DNA of 64,000 nucleotides from Armatimonadota bacterium (GTDB taxonomy: Bacteria > Armatimonadota > SYMT01): the NCBI GenBank assembly GCA_041690135.1, contig JAWLHY010000001.1:480001-544000 (forward strand). Direction: 5' to 3'. Each line of letters starts with the position of its first letter. Position 1 is the stretch's first letter. The translations under genes were made by a program, and so were the position numbers. This document shows positions 41,291 to 51,760 of the stretch, one piece after another. The notes below the pieces were generated by a model, which searched no databases, had not been told where the DNA came from, and was given only the letters and a program-made list of their open reading frames with translations.

Positions 41291-42466
41291 TCACGACGGA
41301 TACGCGTCGGCAACGGACAGGTTTTGCTGGATGAGATGCTCGGCGTTGCCCATCATCTCTTCGATGATCTCGGCAACCGGCTTGATGTCGTGGATCCGCT
41401 TGATGCTTTCCGCGCCGGCCGGGAGGCCCATCTCCTCAAAGTCGCCGGTTGTCTCCGGGCTCGGTACGACGGCACTGAACTTCGGCATGGGGTAGGGGAT
41501 CCGGGCCGTGAAGGGGAACAGCACGGTCTCGCCGATCGTGGCCGGCGGGGGAGGGGGTACCGGTACTTCGGCCTCTCGCCCGGCCCATTCGTCGACCACC
41601 CGGGTCCGCAGCACCCGGTAGGGTACATTCGGGTACTCCGGTCCGAACAGGGTGGTGACCACGGTGTCGTTTCCGTTCGCCTCCACGATCCGCTGCTTAT
41701 ACTTCTCATGCGCGTAGGCTTCGGTGGAAGCGACCAGTCGCGTTCCGACCCACACCCCCTCGGCCCCGTTTGCCAGGGCCTTGACGACCCCGGCCCCGTC
41801 CGCGATCCCGCCGGAGGCGAGCACCATCAGCGGTGAAACCGCCCGGCGTACCTGGTGGAGCAGCGGGATCGTGGGGGTGCGGCTCTTGTTGTGCCCTCCC
41901 GCCTGGCTGCCCTGGGCAATGATGGCGTCCACGCCCAGGTTCGCGGCGCCTACTGCCTGTTCTACCGAGGCGGCCTGCATCCACACCCGCACGCCGCAGC
42001 GCTTCAGTCGCTGCACCCAGTGGGCGGGCGGTACGTTGAAGTGGAAAACTACCAGCGGTACTTGCTTCGCGATGCACACCTCGATGTGCTCATCCACCGT
42101 CGCCGGCCCGAAGGCCGTGATATCTACCAGCAAGTCCACGCCGAATGGCCGGTCCGTCAGCGTCCGGGTCTGGTCGATCAGCAGTCTTAGGCTATCCGGG
42201 GGCTCGATCGCATTCCCCAGCACTCCCATTCCGCCCGCGTTCGACACGGCCGCCACCAGCGGCGGCATTCCCACAAAGCCCATTCCCGCCCCGACGAACG
42301 GGTAGCGGATGCCGTACTCCCGCGTCAGCCGGGTAGTAAGGATCGGTTTCTTCAAGGGACCCGAATCCGCGGACGCCCGATCACCCAGCAGCGGAAGCGC
42401 TGCCAGTCCGGCCGCGTTCTGGCCCAGGAGCTGCAGTAGTCGTCTTCGATCCAGCTTGTCTATCAT
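41291..42466 (-). CDS. Nitronate monooxygenase / FabK-family flavoprotein with Tat-like leader
   Basis: AAVSNAGGMG, QGSQAGGH, ASGGIADG, GVWVGTRL; N-terminal LDRRRLLQLLG...ASA. Confidence 0.85.
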   Translation of the reverse strand: MIDKLDRRRLLQLLGQNAAGLAALPLLGDRASADSGPLKKPILTTRLTREYGIRYPFVGAGMGFVGMPPLVAAVSNAGGMGVLGNAIEPPDSLRLLIDQTRTLTDRPFGVDLLVDITAFGPATVDEHIEVCIAKQVPLVVFHFNVPPAHWVQRLKRCGVRVWMQAASVEQAVGAANLGVDAIIAQGSQAGGHNKSRTPTIPLLHQVRRAVSPLMVLASGGIADGAGVVKALANGAEGVWVGTRLVASTEAYAHEKYKQRIVEANGNDTVVTTLFGPEYPNVPYRVLRTRVVDEWAGREAEVPVPPPPPATIGETVLFPFTARIPYPMPKFSAVVPSPETTGDFEEMGLPAGAESIKRIHDIKPVAEIIEEMMGNAEHLIQQNLSVADAYPS

Positions 42467-42620
42467 CGTTGTGTCTCCGGCACGAGCTGTCTCATTTGCT
42501 CGCGAACTGAGTGTCCTGAGGCGGCGTGTCCGGAAGCGTGTCTCAAGCGGGAGGGATGTCGTGTCCGAGAGGCGCAATGACCGGTCGCAAACAATAAATG
42601 GGGGCAGGGAGGGAGACCGC

Positions 42621-45539
42621 ATGCTGTTCGAGCCGCCATCCGGGCAGCGGAGCCATCCGCATGGGGCTCCGCTGCAGATCCGGCTCCTGGGCCCGTTCGC
42701 CGTGCAGGTGAACGGTCAACCCCTCCCGCGGCTGAATTCGCGCAAGGGTCACTGGCTGCTGGCACTGCTGGTCCTGCGCAAGGGCCGAGAGGTGGAACGC
42801 TCCTGGGTCGCGGGCACGCTCTGGCCGGAGAGTGAGGAGACGCTTGCCCGCTACAACCTGCGCCGCGAGCTGAGTCACCTGCGTCGCGCCCTCGGATCGG
42901 AGGCCCAGCGCCTCGGCACCACCGGAACTCACACGCTACGACTGGAGTTATCCGGCGCGGAAGTCGACGTGATCGACTTCGACGCCGCTGTCGCGCAGGG
43001 AGATCCGCCCGCGCTGCGCCAGGCCGTGTCGTTGTACGGTGGGCTGCTGCTGGAAGGCTGCACCGAAGATTGGGTGCTGCCGGAGCGCGAGTCGTGTCTC
43101 CAGGCGTATTTGCACGCGTTGGAAACCCTTGCGGCGCATGAGCTCGCCCAGGGGAAGCCGGGGGACGCCGTCCCGTATCTCCGGCGCGCCATCGCCGCCG
43201 ATCCGCTCCGCGAGAGCGCCCATCGCATGCTGATGGAAGCGCTGGCGGCTGGCGGGGAGCGGGCGGCGGCTACCCGGACGTACCGGGACCTGCGTCTTCT
43301 GCTCCACCGGGAGGTGAATGCCGCCCCGGCGCCGGAGACCGACGAGCTGTTCCACCGGATCCGCACGCATACAGACGGCGCCGCCCAGCCCTATCACCGC
43401 ATGGATGGGCCAGTTACTCCCGGTTCGTCCCCCGGGTCGAAGCCTTCCCGTCGCCTTCCGGCGATCCTGACGCGTCTGGTGGGGCGGCAGCGTGAGCTGC
43501 GCGAGATCCGCGATCTGCTCACGACCGCGCGCTTGCTGACCCTGACGGGGGCGGGCGGCGTGGGAAAGTCTCGGCTGGCGATCCACCTCGCCGGGGAAGT
43601 CGAGGCGCGGGGAACGGAGCGGGTCTGGTTCTGCGAGCTGGCGGGCCTCTCCCATTCGGAATTGGTGGTGGAGACGGTTGCCGGGTGCATCGGCGTGCGC
43701 GAGGAGCCGGGTCGGCCCTTGCTGGGCCTGTTGGCGGAGGTCCTGGGCGGCGAACCGGCCCTTCTTATCATCGATAATTGCGAGCATCTCCTGGATGCGT
43801 GCGCATCCCTGGCCTCGGAGCTGTTGAGCGCCTGCCCGCAGTTGCGGATCCTGGCCACCAGCCGACAGTCGCTCGGCGTTCCGGGCGAAGTGGCCTGGCG
43901 GGTTCCCACGCTTTCGGTCACCCCTACCGATAGTCCAGGAGTGGGACCTCCAGCCGCAGAAGCACTGCGGTCCCTGCTGCTGTCTTCCGAAGCAAACCAG
44001 CTCTTCATTGAACGGGCGCGAGAGGTGGAGCCGGGCTTTCAACCCACGCCCACGGAGTTGGCCACCATTGCGCAGCTCTGCCGCCGCCTGGACGGCATCC
44101 CTCTCGCGATCGAGCTGGCGGCCCCTCGTGTGCGGGCCATGTCCGTGGAGCAACTCGCGACGCGCCTCGATGACCGGTTCCGGCTGCTGACGGGGGGCAG
44201 CCGGGTCGCGCTCCCACAGCACCAGACCCTGCGGGCCACGATGGATTGGAGTTACCACCTGCTCAGCCCGGAGGAACAGCAAATGCTCAGCCGGTTGAGC
44301 GTGTTTGCGGGCGGCTGGACCCTGGAGGCGGCCGAGACCGTCTGCGCGGGTGAGGGGATCGACCGGGCAGACGTGCTCGATCTGCTCACCAGCCTTGTGG
44401 ACCGGTCGCTCGTGGTGTTCGAGCGACGCGACAGCGGAGGGCGCTACCGTCTTCTGGAAACGGTGCGCGAGTACGGTCGGGAGCAACTTCCGGGCGACGC
44501 ATGGGAGGCGCTGCGGTCCGCGCATCTCCGTTACCACGTCCGGCTCGCCGAGGGAGCCGAGCCCTATCTCTTCGGCGGTATCAGCGATCGCAACTGGGTG
44601 CTGCGGATCCGGGATGAGATCGATAACCTGCGCGCCGCATTGGACTTCTGCGCCGGGCGTGTGGGTTGGGAAGAAGCGGAGCTGCGGCTGTTGATGGGGA
44701 TCCATTGGTACTGGTTCGCCGCGGGGAGCCTGAAGGAGGGCCGGGACCGCATCCTTTCGGCGCTGGCCCGCGGAACCGCGGTCGATCCCATCGTACGAGC
44801 GCGCGCCCTTTACGGGCTCGGGCTTACCGCGTTTTGGCAGGGCGACTACGCTGCGATCCGTCCCCCACTGGAGGAGAGTCTTCCGGTGCTCCGGGAGGCC
44901 GGTAACCCTGGGTGGACGTCCTGCGCCCTCAGCCTCCTCGGGGCTGCCCTGACCCTCGACCACGAGTTTGAGCGGGGCCGGCGCCTCCTGGATGAAGCGG
45001 CGGAGATCGCGCGGAAGTCCGGAAGTGGGGTTCTGCTCGCCTTCATCCTGTGGTGGCACGGCTTCACGGCCCAACTCCGCGGGGACTACGCCGCCGCTCT
45101 CCATTCTTATGAAGAAGGGCTGGAGGCCGGTCGCACCGCCGGCTCCGCTCCGGCAGTCGCGCACCATAGCTCGCGCCTCGGTTCACTTCTCGCGGAGCGG
45201 GGGGACTTCTCGGCCGCGCGGGAGTATCTGGGCGAAGCGCTCGCCTGCTTCCAGAGCCTGGACGACCGTTGGGGAATGGTGCGGGCCCTGGAGGGCCTGG
45301 GCCGTGTTGCGCTCGCGGAAGGGCGCTGCGAGCCCGCGGCAAAGCTCCTGGGCGCGGTGGAGACGCTGCGGGAGGCCATCGGCGCCTGGATTCCCGTAAA
45401 CGAGCGGCCGGATCATGACCGGGCCGTCGCCGCGCTGCGCGCCGCGCTGGGAGAGGCGGCCTTCGGTCGTCTCTGGGATGAAGGTCGCCGGATGTCTCTG
45501 GAAGCGGCCGCGGAGTTCGTGGGGCGAACCTCCCTCTAA
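42621..45539 (+). CDS. AfsR/SARP-type regulator: wHTH-BTAD + NB-ARC-like ATPase + TPRs
   Basis: IRLLGPF, DPLRESAHRMLM, GAGGVGKSRL, IDNCEHL, LDGIPLAIELAA, DWSYHLL. Confidence 0.92.
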   Translation: MLFEPPSGQRSHPHGAPLQIRLLGPFAVQVNGQPLPRLNSRKGHWLLALLVLRKGREVERSWVAGTLWPESEETLARYNLRRELSHLRRALGSEAQRLGTTGTHTLRLELSGAEVDVIDFDAAVAQGDPPALRQAVSLYGGLLLEGCTEDWVLPERESCLQAYLHALETLAAHELAQGKPGDAVPYLRRAIAADPLRESAHRMLMEALAAGGERAAATRTYRDLRLLLHREVNAAPAPETDELFHRIRTHTDGAAQPYHRMDGPVTPGSSPGSKPSRRLPAILTRLVGRQRELREIRDLLTTARLLTLTGAGGVGKSRLAIHLAGEVEARGTERVWFCELAGLSHSELVVETVAGCIGVREEPGRPLLGLLAEVLGGEPALLIIDNCEHLLDACASLASELLSACPQLRILATSRQSLGVPGEVAWRVPTLSVTPTDSPGVGPPAAEALRSLLLSSEANQLFIERAREVEPGFQPTPTELATIAQLCRRLDGIPLAIELAAPRVRAMSVEQLATRLDDRFRLLTGGSRVALPQHQTLRATMDWSYHLLSPEEQQMLSRLSVFAGGWTLEAAETVCAGEGIDRADVLDLLTSLVDRSLVVFERRDSGGRYRLLETVREYGREQLPGDAWEALRSAHLRYHVRLAEGAEPYLFGGISDRNWVLRIRDEIDNLRAALDFCAGRVGWEEAELRLLMGIHWYWFAAGSLKEGRDRILSALARGTAVDPIVRARALYGLGLTAFWQGDYAAIRPPLEESLPVLREAGNPGWTSCALSLLGAALTLDHEFERGRRLLDEAAEIARKSGSGVLLAFILWWHGFTAQLRGDYAAALHSYEEGLEAGRTAGSAPAVAHHSSRLGSLLAERGDFSAAREYLGEALACFQSLDDRWGMVRALEGLGRVALAEGRCEPAAKLLGAVETLREAIGAWIPVNERPDHDRAVAALRAALGEAAFGRLWDEGRRMSLEAAAEFVGRTSL

Positions 45540-45778
45540 GGGAGGTGGGGAAGTGTCTGAACAGTTTTCGACCCCGCGCCACGGGTCTGTTTCTCCACAC
45601 ACGTCAGTGAGGCTTGCCGGAGTGATCCGTACGGACCTCCATTGGGTGTACCGCACCTGCTCTATTACTTCCACACACCCCTGAAAGTGAAGAAACAGCT
45701 CCGGCTTGCGTGCTTTGAGCTATTGGCTCGGCGAAGCGCCCACACCACCGCCAACTCCGCGCTGAGGCACGCGTCGGC

Positions 45779-45878
45779 GGACATCGCGGGGGAAGTGTGT
45801 GGCGGCGGCTTGCTGGGGCTTATCGAATTGCTTGCGATCAACAAGGCAAGCATGGCCGATGGGCAGAGAAGGTCCTGA
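45779..45878 (+). pseudogene. Truncated paralogue of the 3' half of the small ORF at 48999-49205
   Basis: 79/100 nt identical (manual count) to 49106-49205. Confidence 0.7.
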
Positions 45879-46124
45879 CAGCGTTTTCACCGCGACCTCT
45901 ACCGGATAGGCTAATACGGCGGGTGCCGGGCACGGCGCCGGGGGTTTTCTGGGAGCGCCAGAGGAACCGGCGGGTGCCGGCTTAAGGTATGTGCGTAGGG
46001 TAGTAGGGCACGCGCGTTCCCCCGCCCGAGTGTCCCCGCTTCCTGGTAGGGTCGCTCCCCGGCGGGTATGGCGAGTGGCCCGTGATTCTTCCTCCCCTTT
46101 CCCCTCCCTTTTCGGAGTTTGCTG

Positions 46125-46580
46125 ATGATCCGGTTGAAAGTGAATGGAGCCGAGCGGACCTTCGACGGCGATCCGCAGATGCCGCTGCTCTGGTACCTGC
46201 GGGACGAGCTGGACCTGACCGGCACCAAGCTGGGCTGCGGGATCTCGCAGTGCGGCGCGTGTACAGTGCACATCGACGGCGAGGCACGCCGGAGCTGCGT
46301 GCTGCCCATGAGCGCCGTGGCGGGTAAGGCGATCACCACGATCGAGGGGCTGAGCCCCAGCGGAACGCACCCGGTCCAGGAAGCCTGGAAGGCCTGCGCC
46401 GTGCCGCAGTGCGGGTACTGCCAGAGCGGGCAAATTATGCAGGCGGTGGCCCTCCTGAAGGAGAAGCCGAAGCCAACCGACGCCGATATCGACGAGGCGA
46501 TGCGGGGCAACATCTGCCGCTGCGGGACGTACCAGCGGATCCGCCAGGCGATCAAGCAGGCTGCGGGGGTGAAGAAGTGA
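46125..46580 (+). CDS. iorA: (2Fe-2S) subunit of isoquinoline/aldehyde oxidoreductase
   Basis: [33 protein letters not shown]. Confidence 0.9.
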   Translation: MIRLKVNGAERTFDGDPQMPLLWYLRDELDLTGTKLGCGISQCGACTVHIDGEARRSCVLPMSAVAGKAITTIEGLSPSGTHPVQEAWKACAVPQCGYCQSGQIMQAVALLKEKPKPTDADIDEAMRGNICRCGTYQRIRQAIKQAAGVKK

Positions 46581-48829
46581 GCCGCGTCCAACTGATCAAC
46601 CGCCGCGATTTCCTGGGCGGGCTCCTCTCCGCCAGCGCCTTTCTCGTGGGGTCCACCCTGATCACCGACGAGGCCCTCGCCGCGCCGGCCGCGGGTGGGG
46701 GAGCCTGGAGCCCGAGCGTGTACCTGGGCATCCAGCCTGACGGCACCGTGGTCGTGGTCGCGCACCGCTCCGAGATGGGAACGGGCATCCGCACCGGCCT
46801 GCCGATGATCCTGGCGGACGAGCTGGAAGCGGACTGGAAGCGAGTGAAGATCGACCAGGCCATCGGTGACGAGAAGTACGGGAGCCAGAACACGGACGGC
46901 TCCTGCTCCATCGTCGACTTCTACACCGCCTTCCGCGAGGCGGGCGCGACGGCCCGGCTGATGCTGGAGCGCGCCGCCGCCGCGAAGTGGAACGCCAGCC
47001 CCTCGGACTGCAAGGCGAAGAATCACCAGGTGGTCCATACTCCCACCGGACGAACCCTGGGCTACGGTGAGCTGGCCGCCCTGGCCGCGCAGCAGCCCGT
47101 GCCGCGCAAGGAAGAGCTGAAGCTCAAGTCGCCCGGGGAGTTCCGCTACGTGGGCAAGGGCGTGCCGATTACGGACCTGGACGACATGTGTAACGGCAAG
47201 GCCGTCTTCGGGATCGACGCGAAGATGCCGGGCATGGTCTACGCCTCCGTGGAGCGGCCGCCGGTTTACGGCGGGAAGCTGAAGTCGTGCGACGACTCCG
47301 CGGCCCGCAAGGTGCGCGGCGTTAAGGACGTGGTGATCCTCGACGGGCCGAAGCAGCTCCCGATCCTGTTCCAGCCCCTGGGCGGGGTGGCGGTGATCGC
47401 CGAGAACTCCTGGGCGGCCATCCAGGGCCGGAAAAAGCTGAAGTTGGAGTGGGACCTGGGTGAGAACGCCACGCACGACTCCGAGGCCTTCAAGAAGGAG
47501 TTGATCGCGACCGCCCGGAAGCCGGGCAAGGTGGTCCGCAAGGTCGGGGATGTCGACGCCGAGTTCGCCAAGGGCGGCAAGGTGATCGAGGCGGACTATT
47601 ACACGCCGATGCTTGCCCACGCCCCGATGGAGCCTCCCGCCGCCGTGGTGGAGTACAAGGACGGCAAGGTTGTGGCCCTGGCAGCGACCCAGAATCCGCA
47701 GGCCGTGCAGGAGACGGTGGCCAACGCGGTGGGCATCGATAAGAAGGACGTGATCTGCCACGTGACGCTGCTGGGCGGCGGCTTCGGCCGGAAGTCCAAA
47801 CCGGACTACATCGCCGAGGCGGCGGTCCTCTCCAAGAAGCTGGGCAAGCCGGTGAAGATCGTCTGGAGCCGCGAGGACGACATCCAGCACGACTACTATC
47901 ACACCGTGGCCGCGATGCATATGAAGGCCGTGACGGACGCCAAGGGTCGCCCGACCGCGCTGCTGCAGCGGAGCGTCTTCCCGACCATCGCCTCTACCTT
48001 CGATCCGGCCGCCCGCTACGGCGCGGACTTCGAGATGGCGCATGGCTGGGTGGACATGCCGTTCGACATCCCGAACATCCGGGCGGAAAACGGCGCCGCG
48101 AAGAACCAGTTCCGCGTCGGCTGGCTGCGCTCCGTGGGGAACATCTACCACGCCTTCGCGATCCAGTCGTTCATGGACGAGCTGGCCGCGGCGGCGGGAC
48201 GCGACCGAATCGAGTACTTCCTGGAGGTGCTGGGCGAGCCGCGAAAGATCGACTACGCGGCTGAGGGCACGCAGAACTCCAACTACGGTCGCTCCCACCA
48301 GGACCACCCGGTCGACACCGGCCGGCTGCGGCGGGTGGTGGAGGCCGTGGCGCAGCATTCCGGCTGGAAGCAGAAGAAGGCAAGGAAGGGCCGCGCCCTG
48401 GGTTTCGCCGCCCACCGCAGCTTCCTCAGCTACGTGGCGGCCGTCGCGGACGTGGAAGTGGACCGGGCAGGGAAGATCCGGATCCACCGCGTGGACGTGG
48501 CCGTGGACGCGGGCCAGGTGATCCACCCGGACCGTGTGAAAGCGCAGTTCGAGGGGGCGGCGACCTTCGCGGCGAGCATCGCCCTGTTCGGCGAGATCAC
48601 CATCAAGGACGGGCGGATCCAGCAGTCCAACCTGCACAACTACCCGGTCGCCCGCATTGACCAGGCGCCCATCGTGACTCACGTTCACCTCCTGCCGAGC
48701 GATCACAGCCCGGGCGGGGTGGGGGAGCCGGGCGTGCCGCCGATCGTCGCCGCCATCACCAACGCGGTGTTCGCGGCAACCGGCAAGCGGGTGCGGCATC
48801 TGCCCATCAGCAAGACGAAGCTGGTCTAA
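46577..48829 (+). CDS. iorB: Molybdopterin-binding subunit of isoquinoline/aldehyde oxidoreductase, Tat-exported
   Basis: [37 protein letters not shown]; GTG overlaps iorA stop. Confidence 0.9.
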   Translation: MSRVQLINRRDFLGGLLSASAFLVGSTLITDEALAAPAAGGGAWSPSVYLGIQPDGTVVVVAHRSEMGTGIRTGLPMILADELEADWKRVKIDQAIGDEKYGSQNTDGSCSIVDFYTAFREAGATARLMLERAAAAKWNASPSDCKAKNHQVVHTPTGRTLGYGELAALAAQQPVPRKEELKLKSPGEFRYVGKGVPITDLDDMCNGKAVFGIDAKMPGMVYASVERPPVYGGKLKSCDDSAARKVRGVKDVVILDGPKQLPILFQPLGGVAVIAENSWAAIQGRKKLKLEWDLGENATHDSEAFKKELIATARKPGKVVRKVGDVDAEFAKGGKVIEADYYTPMLAHAPMEPPAAVVEYKDGKVVALAATQNPQAVQETVANAVGIDKKDVICHVTLLGGGFGRKSKPDYIAEAAVLSKKLGKPVKIVWSREDDIQHDYYHTVAAMHMKAVTDAKGRPTALLQRSVFPTIASTFDPAARYGADFEMAHGWVDMPFDIPNIRAENGAAKNQFRVGWLRSVGNIYHAFAIQSFMDELAAAAGRDRIEYFLEVLGEPRKIDYAAEGTQNSNYGRSHQDHPVDTGRLRRVVEAVAQHSGWKQKKARKGRALGFAAHRSFLSYVAAVADVEVDRAGKIRIHRVDVAVDAGQVIHPDRVKAQFEGAATFAASIALFGEITIKDGRIQQSNLHNYPVARIDQAPIVTHVHLLPSDHSPGGVGEPGVPPIVAAITNAVFAATGKRVRHLPISKTKLV

Positions 48830-48870
48830 ACAAGACCGCAGAGCCGGAGGCGCCCTAACACAGAACGGAG

Positions 48871-48912
48871 ACGAGGCAGCGGGCTCGGGGTTTCCCGGGC
48901 CCGCTGCCTCGT
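48871..48912 (+). terminator. Stem-loop after iorB
   Basis: acgaggcagcgggc / gcccgctgcctcgt 14-bp stem. Confidence 0.65.
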
Positions 48913-48998
48913 ACGCTTTCCCAGAGGGAGGCCGTACCTGCGCAGTTACTCGCTCCCCCCTGACCACGGGATTGGGGTCGCGCGATAAAGGGATCGAG

Positions 48999-49205
48999 AT
49001 GAGCGAGCGAGAAGCGCGGAGCCTCCAAAGCGAATACGTCCAGTGGCGCCGGCAGCAGGGTTTTGAGCCAGGCACCGGCCAACGGGCGCTGATCCAGCGT
49101 CTACAGGACATCGCGGCGGAAGAGTGCGGCGGCGGCCTGTTGGGGCTTGTCGAAGTCATGGCAATCAATAAAGCCATCATGGCCGAGGAACAGAACAGGA
49201 CCTGA
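48999..49205 (+). CDS. Small hypothetical protein (68 aa)
   Basis: MSEREARSLQSEY...DIAAEECGGGLLGLVEVMAINKAIMAEEQNRT; coding-like conservation with the copy at 45779. Confidence 0.55.
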   Translation: MSEREARSLQSEYVQWRRQQGFEPGTGQRALIQRLQDIAAEECGGGLLGLVEVMAINKAIMAEEQNRT

Positions 49206-49237
49206 TGATCCCCAGCCGCGGTTCCCGTCGAAAACCG

Positions 49238-49427
49238 CACCTGAACGAGCGCCCGGATACGCACTACGGTACTCCGCACGACTATCGGTGTGCAAAAGCT
49301 GCCGCGGCGTGGGCGATCCGATCGGCTTCTCGTTGGAGCAGTTCGACGCGATTGGGCGCTACCGTGAGGTCGAAGAGGGCCGACTGATCGACGCGAACGG
49401 CGGGCTCCCAGACGGCATCCGGTTTGC
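49238..49427 (+). pseudogene. Degenerate, internally deleted fragment of a DUF1592/DUF1588 gene
   Basis: HLNERPDTHYGTPHDY and CKSCRGVGDPIGFSLEQFDAIGRYREVEEGRLIDANGGLPDG match two separate parts of the protein at 53521-56019. Confidence 0.8.
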
Positions 49428-49471
49428 CCATTCGAGCGAGGGTGCCGGTGGGGCCAAAACACCGCCAGGTG

Positions 49472-49768
49472 TCAGGCCGGCGGAGATTCTGGGGCGAATA
49501 CCTCACAACTTCCGTCTTCGCCCCGGAACCAGTACAACCGGTTACACGCTGGGCAGTTGTAGATCTGGGTGTAAATGGCACACGCCACCTCATCCAGTTC
49601 CTGAACGATCTCACGGTTCTGTGCGTAATCGTCGGACAGCCGTTCAGCTTCGGCTTCAGCGCGGACGAACCACTCCCGGTCAGCATCCTGAATGGCGATC
49701 CAGAGGTCCGGCTCTGGCGACGGGGTGGTGTCCATCACATGGCCGCACCGGCAAACGAGCTTGCCCAC
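49472..49768 (-). CDS. Cassette ORF, small Cys-motif protein
   Basis: CRCGH and CPACNR motifs; GGAGG RBS; TGA stop inside a GCCTGAC R''-like box. Confidence 0.65.
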   Translation of the reverse strand: MGKLVCRCGHVMDTTPSPEPDLWIAIQDADREWFVRAEAEAERLSDDYAQNREIVQELDEVACAIYTQIYNCPACNRLYWFRGEDGSCEVFAPESPPA

Positions 49769-49803
49769 TCCAACCTCCAGTCAGGGCTCCGCCAAAGGAG
49801 GGC

Positions 49804-49824
49804 GGCTAAGGCCCGGTTCACCCG
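49804..49824 (-). repeat. Degenerate half attC (L'/R' side)
   Basis: ggctaaggcccggttcacccg vs consensus gcctaacgccaagctcacccg. Confidence 0.5.
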
Positions 49825-49848
49825 ACGAGCACCCGCCAGGCCCCGTGA

Positions 49849-50343
49849 TCATGGGATATCTCTTGCCTCGAATTCCGTTGATGAAGTCGGCCTCTTGAGT
49901 CGTCGGAGACCGGTAGTGACAAGAAGGGCAGCCCAAATCAATGGTAGGAAGTATGGGACCAGGGTTTGGGACCCGAGTGCTCGCGTCCGGTCCAGCAATA
50001 GCGCGCCGAGCAGACAGCCGCCGATCACACTGACCCAACCTCCGGTTCTTCCCTTCCCCTGCAGGATCAGGACGCTGGCGAGCCCCGTTACAGAGCCCAG
50101 GGCAGCGCCTGCTGGGACCGTTGCTAACAGGGTCCAGCCGTATTGCCCCGTCGCGACTGTCCAACGGAAGAATAGCCAGTCGAACATGTAGGTCAGTAAG
50201 GAGAGGCCGAAGCCACCGGCAATGCTGCCGAGGGCGACACCCCCGACAATTCCCAAACCTTGCAACAGGTATCGTAGCCACCGCCCCCGGAGTGGGAAGA
50301 GCCATTCGATACGTTCGAGAGAAAGGGCCTTTCGTTTCATCAC
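49849..50343 (-). CDS. Cassette ORF, multi-TM membrane protein
   Basis: About 4 hydrophobic segments; lies between attC-like sites. Confidence 0.65.
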   Translation of the reverse strand: MMKRKALSLERIEWLFPLRGRWLRYLLQGLGIVGGVALGSIAGGFGLSLLTYMFDWLFFRWTVATGQYGWTLLATVPAGAALGSVTGLASVLILQGKGRTGGWVSVIGGCLLGALLLDRTRALGSQTLVPYFLPLIWAALLVTTGLRRLKRPTSSTEFEARDIP

Positions 50344-50370
50344 TGGCTTCTCTCTGGTCCGCTATGCGGA

Positions 50371-50424
50371 GCCGAACGCCAGGCTCACCCCGTCTGTAAG
50401 GATCGGGGACAGCGACTGCTAGGC
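50371..50424 (-). repeat. attC site (54 bp)
   Basis: gccgaacgccaggctcaccccgtctgtaaggatcggggacagcgactgctaggc; overlaps the TAG of the upstream ankyrin ORF. Confidence 0.8.
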
Positions 50425-50949
50425 CGTGTCAGTAATATGCATTGCGCCCCTGCTACGGAGATATTCCGCAATCTCCGGGTACTGATGCGTGCAGTCCAGC
50501 GGGGTGTTCCGATAACCCGTCTCGGGATCTTCTTCGATGGCATTAACGTCAGCACCCGCTTCGACCAGGATCTTCACGGCTTCCATCTGACCCCATGAGC
50601 AGGCGTATCCAAGTGCTACTTCGCCCGCGTCGTTGCGCTTCTCTGTATCCGCTCCGTATCGCAGGAGCAACCGCAGTCGCTCCAACTCACCTTCACAGGC
50701 GGCCTTCTGAAGTAGGGTCTGGCAAGCGGGTTCCGAGATGGCATCCGGGCTCAAGCCCGCTTGCAGTGCAGGTTCCAGAAGATCGGGAGCATGTCGGTCC
50801 AGGATCTCTATCCAGGTGCCGGCTTGACCTGGAAAGCGATGTAGCTCGGGGTATGCGGTGATGAGACGGATCACCGTGCTGCGGTCCTGCTTTCGTGCAG
50901 CCCGATAGAACCCCCAATAGCCTCTTTTGATTTCTAGCGAATCGGTCAT
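50419..50949 (-). CDS. Cassette ORF, ankyrin-repeat protein
   Basis: TLLQKAACEG, LLRYGAD, ALGYACSWG, LVEAGADVN, TPLD. Confidence 0.85.
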   Translation of the reverse strand: MTDSLEIKRGYWGFYRAARKQDRSTVIRLITAYPELHRFPGQAGTWIEILDRHAPDLLEPALQAGLSPDAISEPACQTLLQKAACEGELERLRLLLRYGADTEKRNDAGEVALGYACSWGQMEAVKILVEAGADVNAIEEDPETGYRNTPLDCTHQYPEIAEYLRSRGAMHITDTA

Positions 50950-50977
50950 GAGGTCAAGGTCGGTAAACTCTTGCGCG

Positions 50978-50997
50978 GCCTAGCGTCTAGCTCACCC
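50978..50997 (-). repeat. Degenerate half attC (L'/R' side)
   Basis: gcctagcgtctagctcaccc. Confidence 0.55.
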
Positions 50998-51011
50998 ACG
51001 CAGCCCCTGCA

Positions 51012-51665
51012 TTACCTGTCGCCTGTGCTGCTGCCGGCGCGGGGCGCCGTCGGTAGCGGCGGATGTTGGGCCGCGCTCCGACGCAGCAGCGCTACGATCT
51101 TGGCATCCCCCGCACGCGCTGCTACCTGAAACACCGTCTCCCCATACTCATTCTTGGCGAATGGGTCTGCCCCTCGGGCTAGAAGTAGCTGCGCAATCTG
51201 ATAGTGCTCAGCGGAGTACTCGGTATCCTCAAGCTCCAAGCGCACCGCTTCGTGGAGCGCCGTACCCCCCTGCTTGCGGCGGGCATTGACATCCGCACCT
51301 TTGGCCAACAGAAGGGACACGACAGCGACTCGACCTTCGTCCGCTGCACAGTGAAGAGCAGTGAAGTCATCAAGCCCTTTGGCGTTGACGAGCGCGCCGC
51401 CCTCGATCAAGACTTCGGCTGTATCGAGATCGACGGCATAGAAAAGCGGTGGGTTCTCGGAAGCGTTCTTGGCATTTGGATTCATACCACTGGCAATCAG
51501 CCGCTTTACCTCTGCCACATCACCCTGTCTCGCGGCGAAATGCAGCGGCGTCCAGCCAGCGTCTGGATCCCACACGCCATCCAACGACTGCGGAGGAGCA
51601 CAGCCCGCGAGCCCCACTACCAGGAAGCCGGCAGCCAGGTGGGTTACATGTAAGTGGAACCACAT
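51012..51665 (-). CDS. Cassette ORF, ankyrin-repeat lipoprotein
   Basis: Lipobox LAGC; GWTPLHFAA, TALHCAA, TALHEAV. Confidence 0.85.
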   Translation of the reverse strand: MWFHLHVTHLAAGFLVVGLAGCAPPQSLDGVWDPDAGWTPLHFAARQGDVAEVKRLIASGMNPNAKNASENPPLFYAVDLDTAEVLIEGGALVNAKGLDDFTALHCAADEGRVAVVSLLLAKGADVNARRKQGGTALHEAVRLELEDTEYSAEHYQIAQLLLARGADPFAKNEYGETVFQVAARAGDAKIVALLRRSAAQHPPLPTAPRAGSSTGDR

Positions 51666-51706
51666 ACCTTGCTCCAATACGGATGGCTTGCGACGCCGAT
51701 GTTGCG

Positions 51707-51760
51707 GCGCAACGCCAAGCTCACCCGTCCATACGGATCGGGTGCAGCGACCTGTTAGAC
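51707..51760 (-). repeat. attC site (54 bp)
   Basis: gcgcaacgccaagctcacccgtccatacggatcgggtgcagcgacctgttagac; overlaps the TAA of the upstream ORF. Confidence 0.88.

Noticed and set aside
45911-49462. 1183-aa minus-strand ORF (and similar long antisense ORFs over recA, rny, cinA and MCC)
   Set aside because: High-GC antisense shadows of well-supported genes
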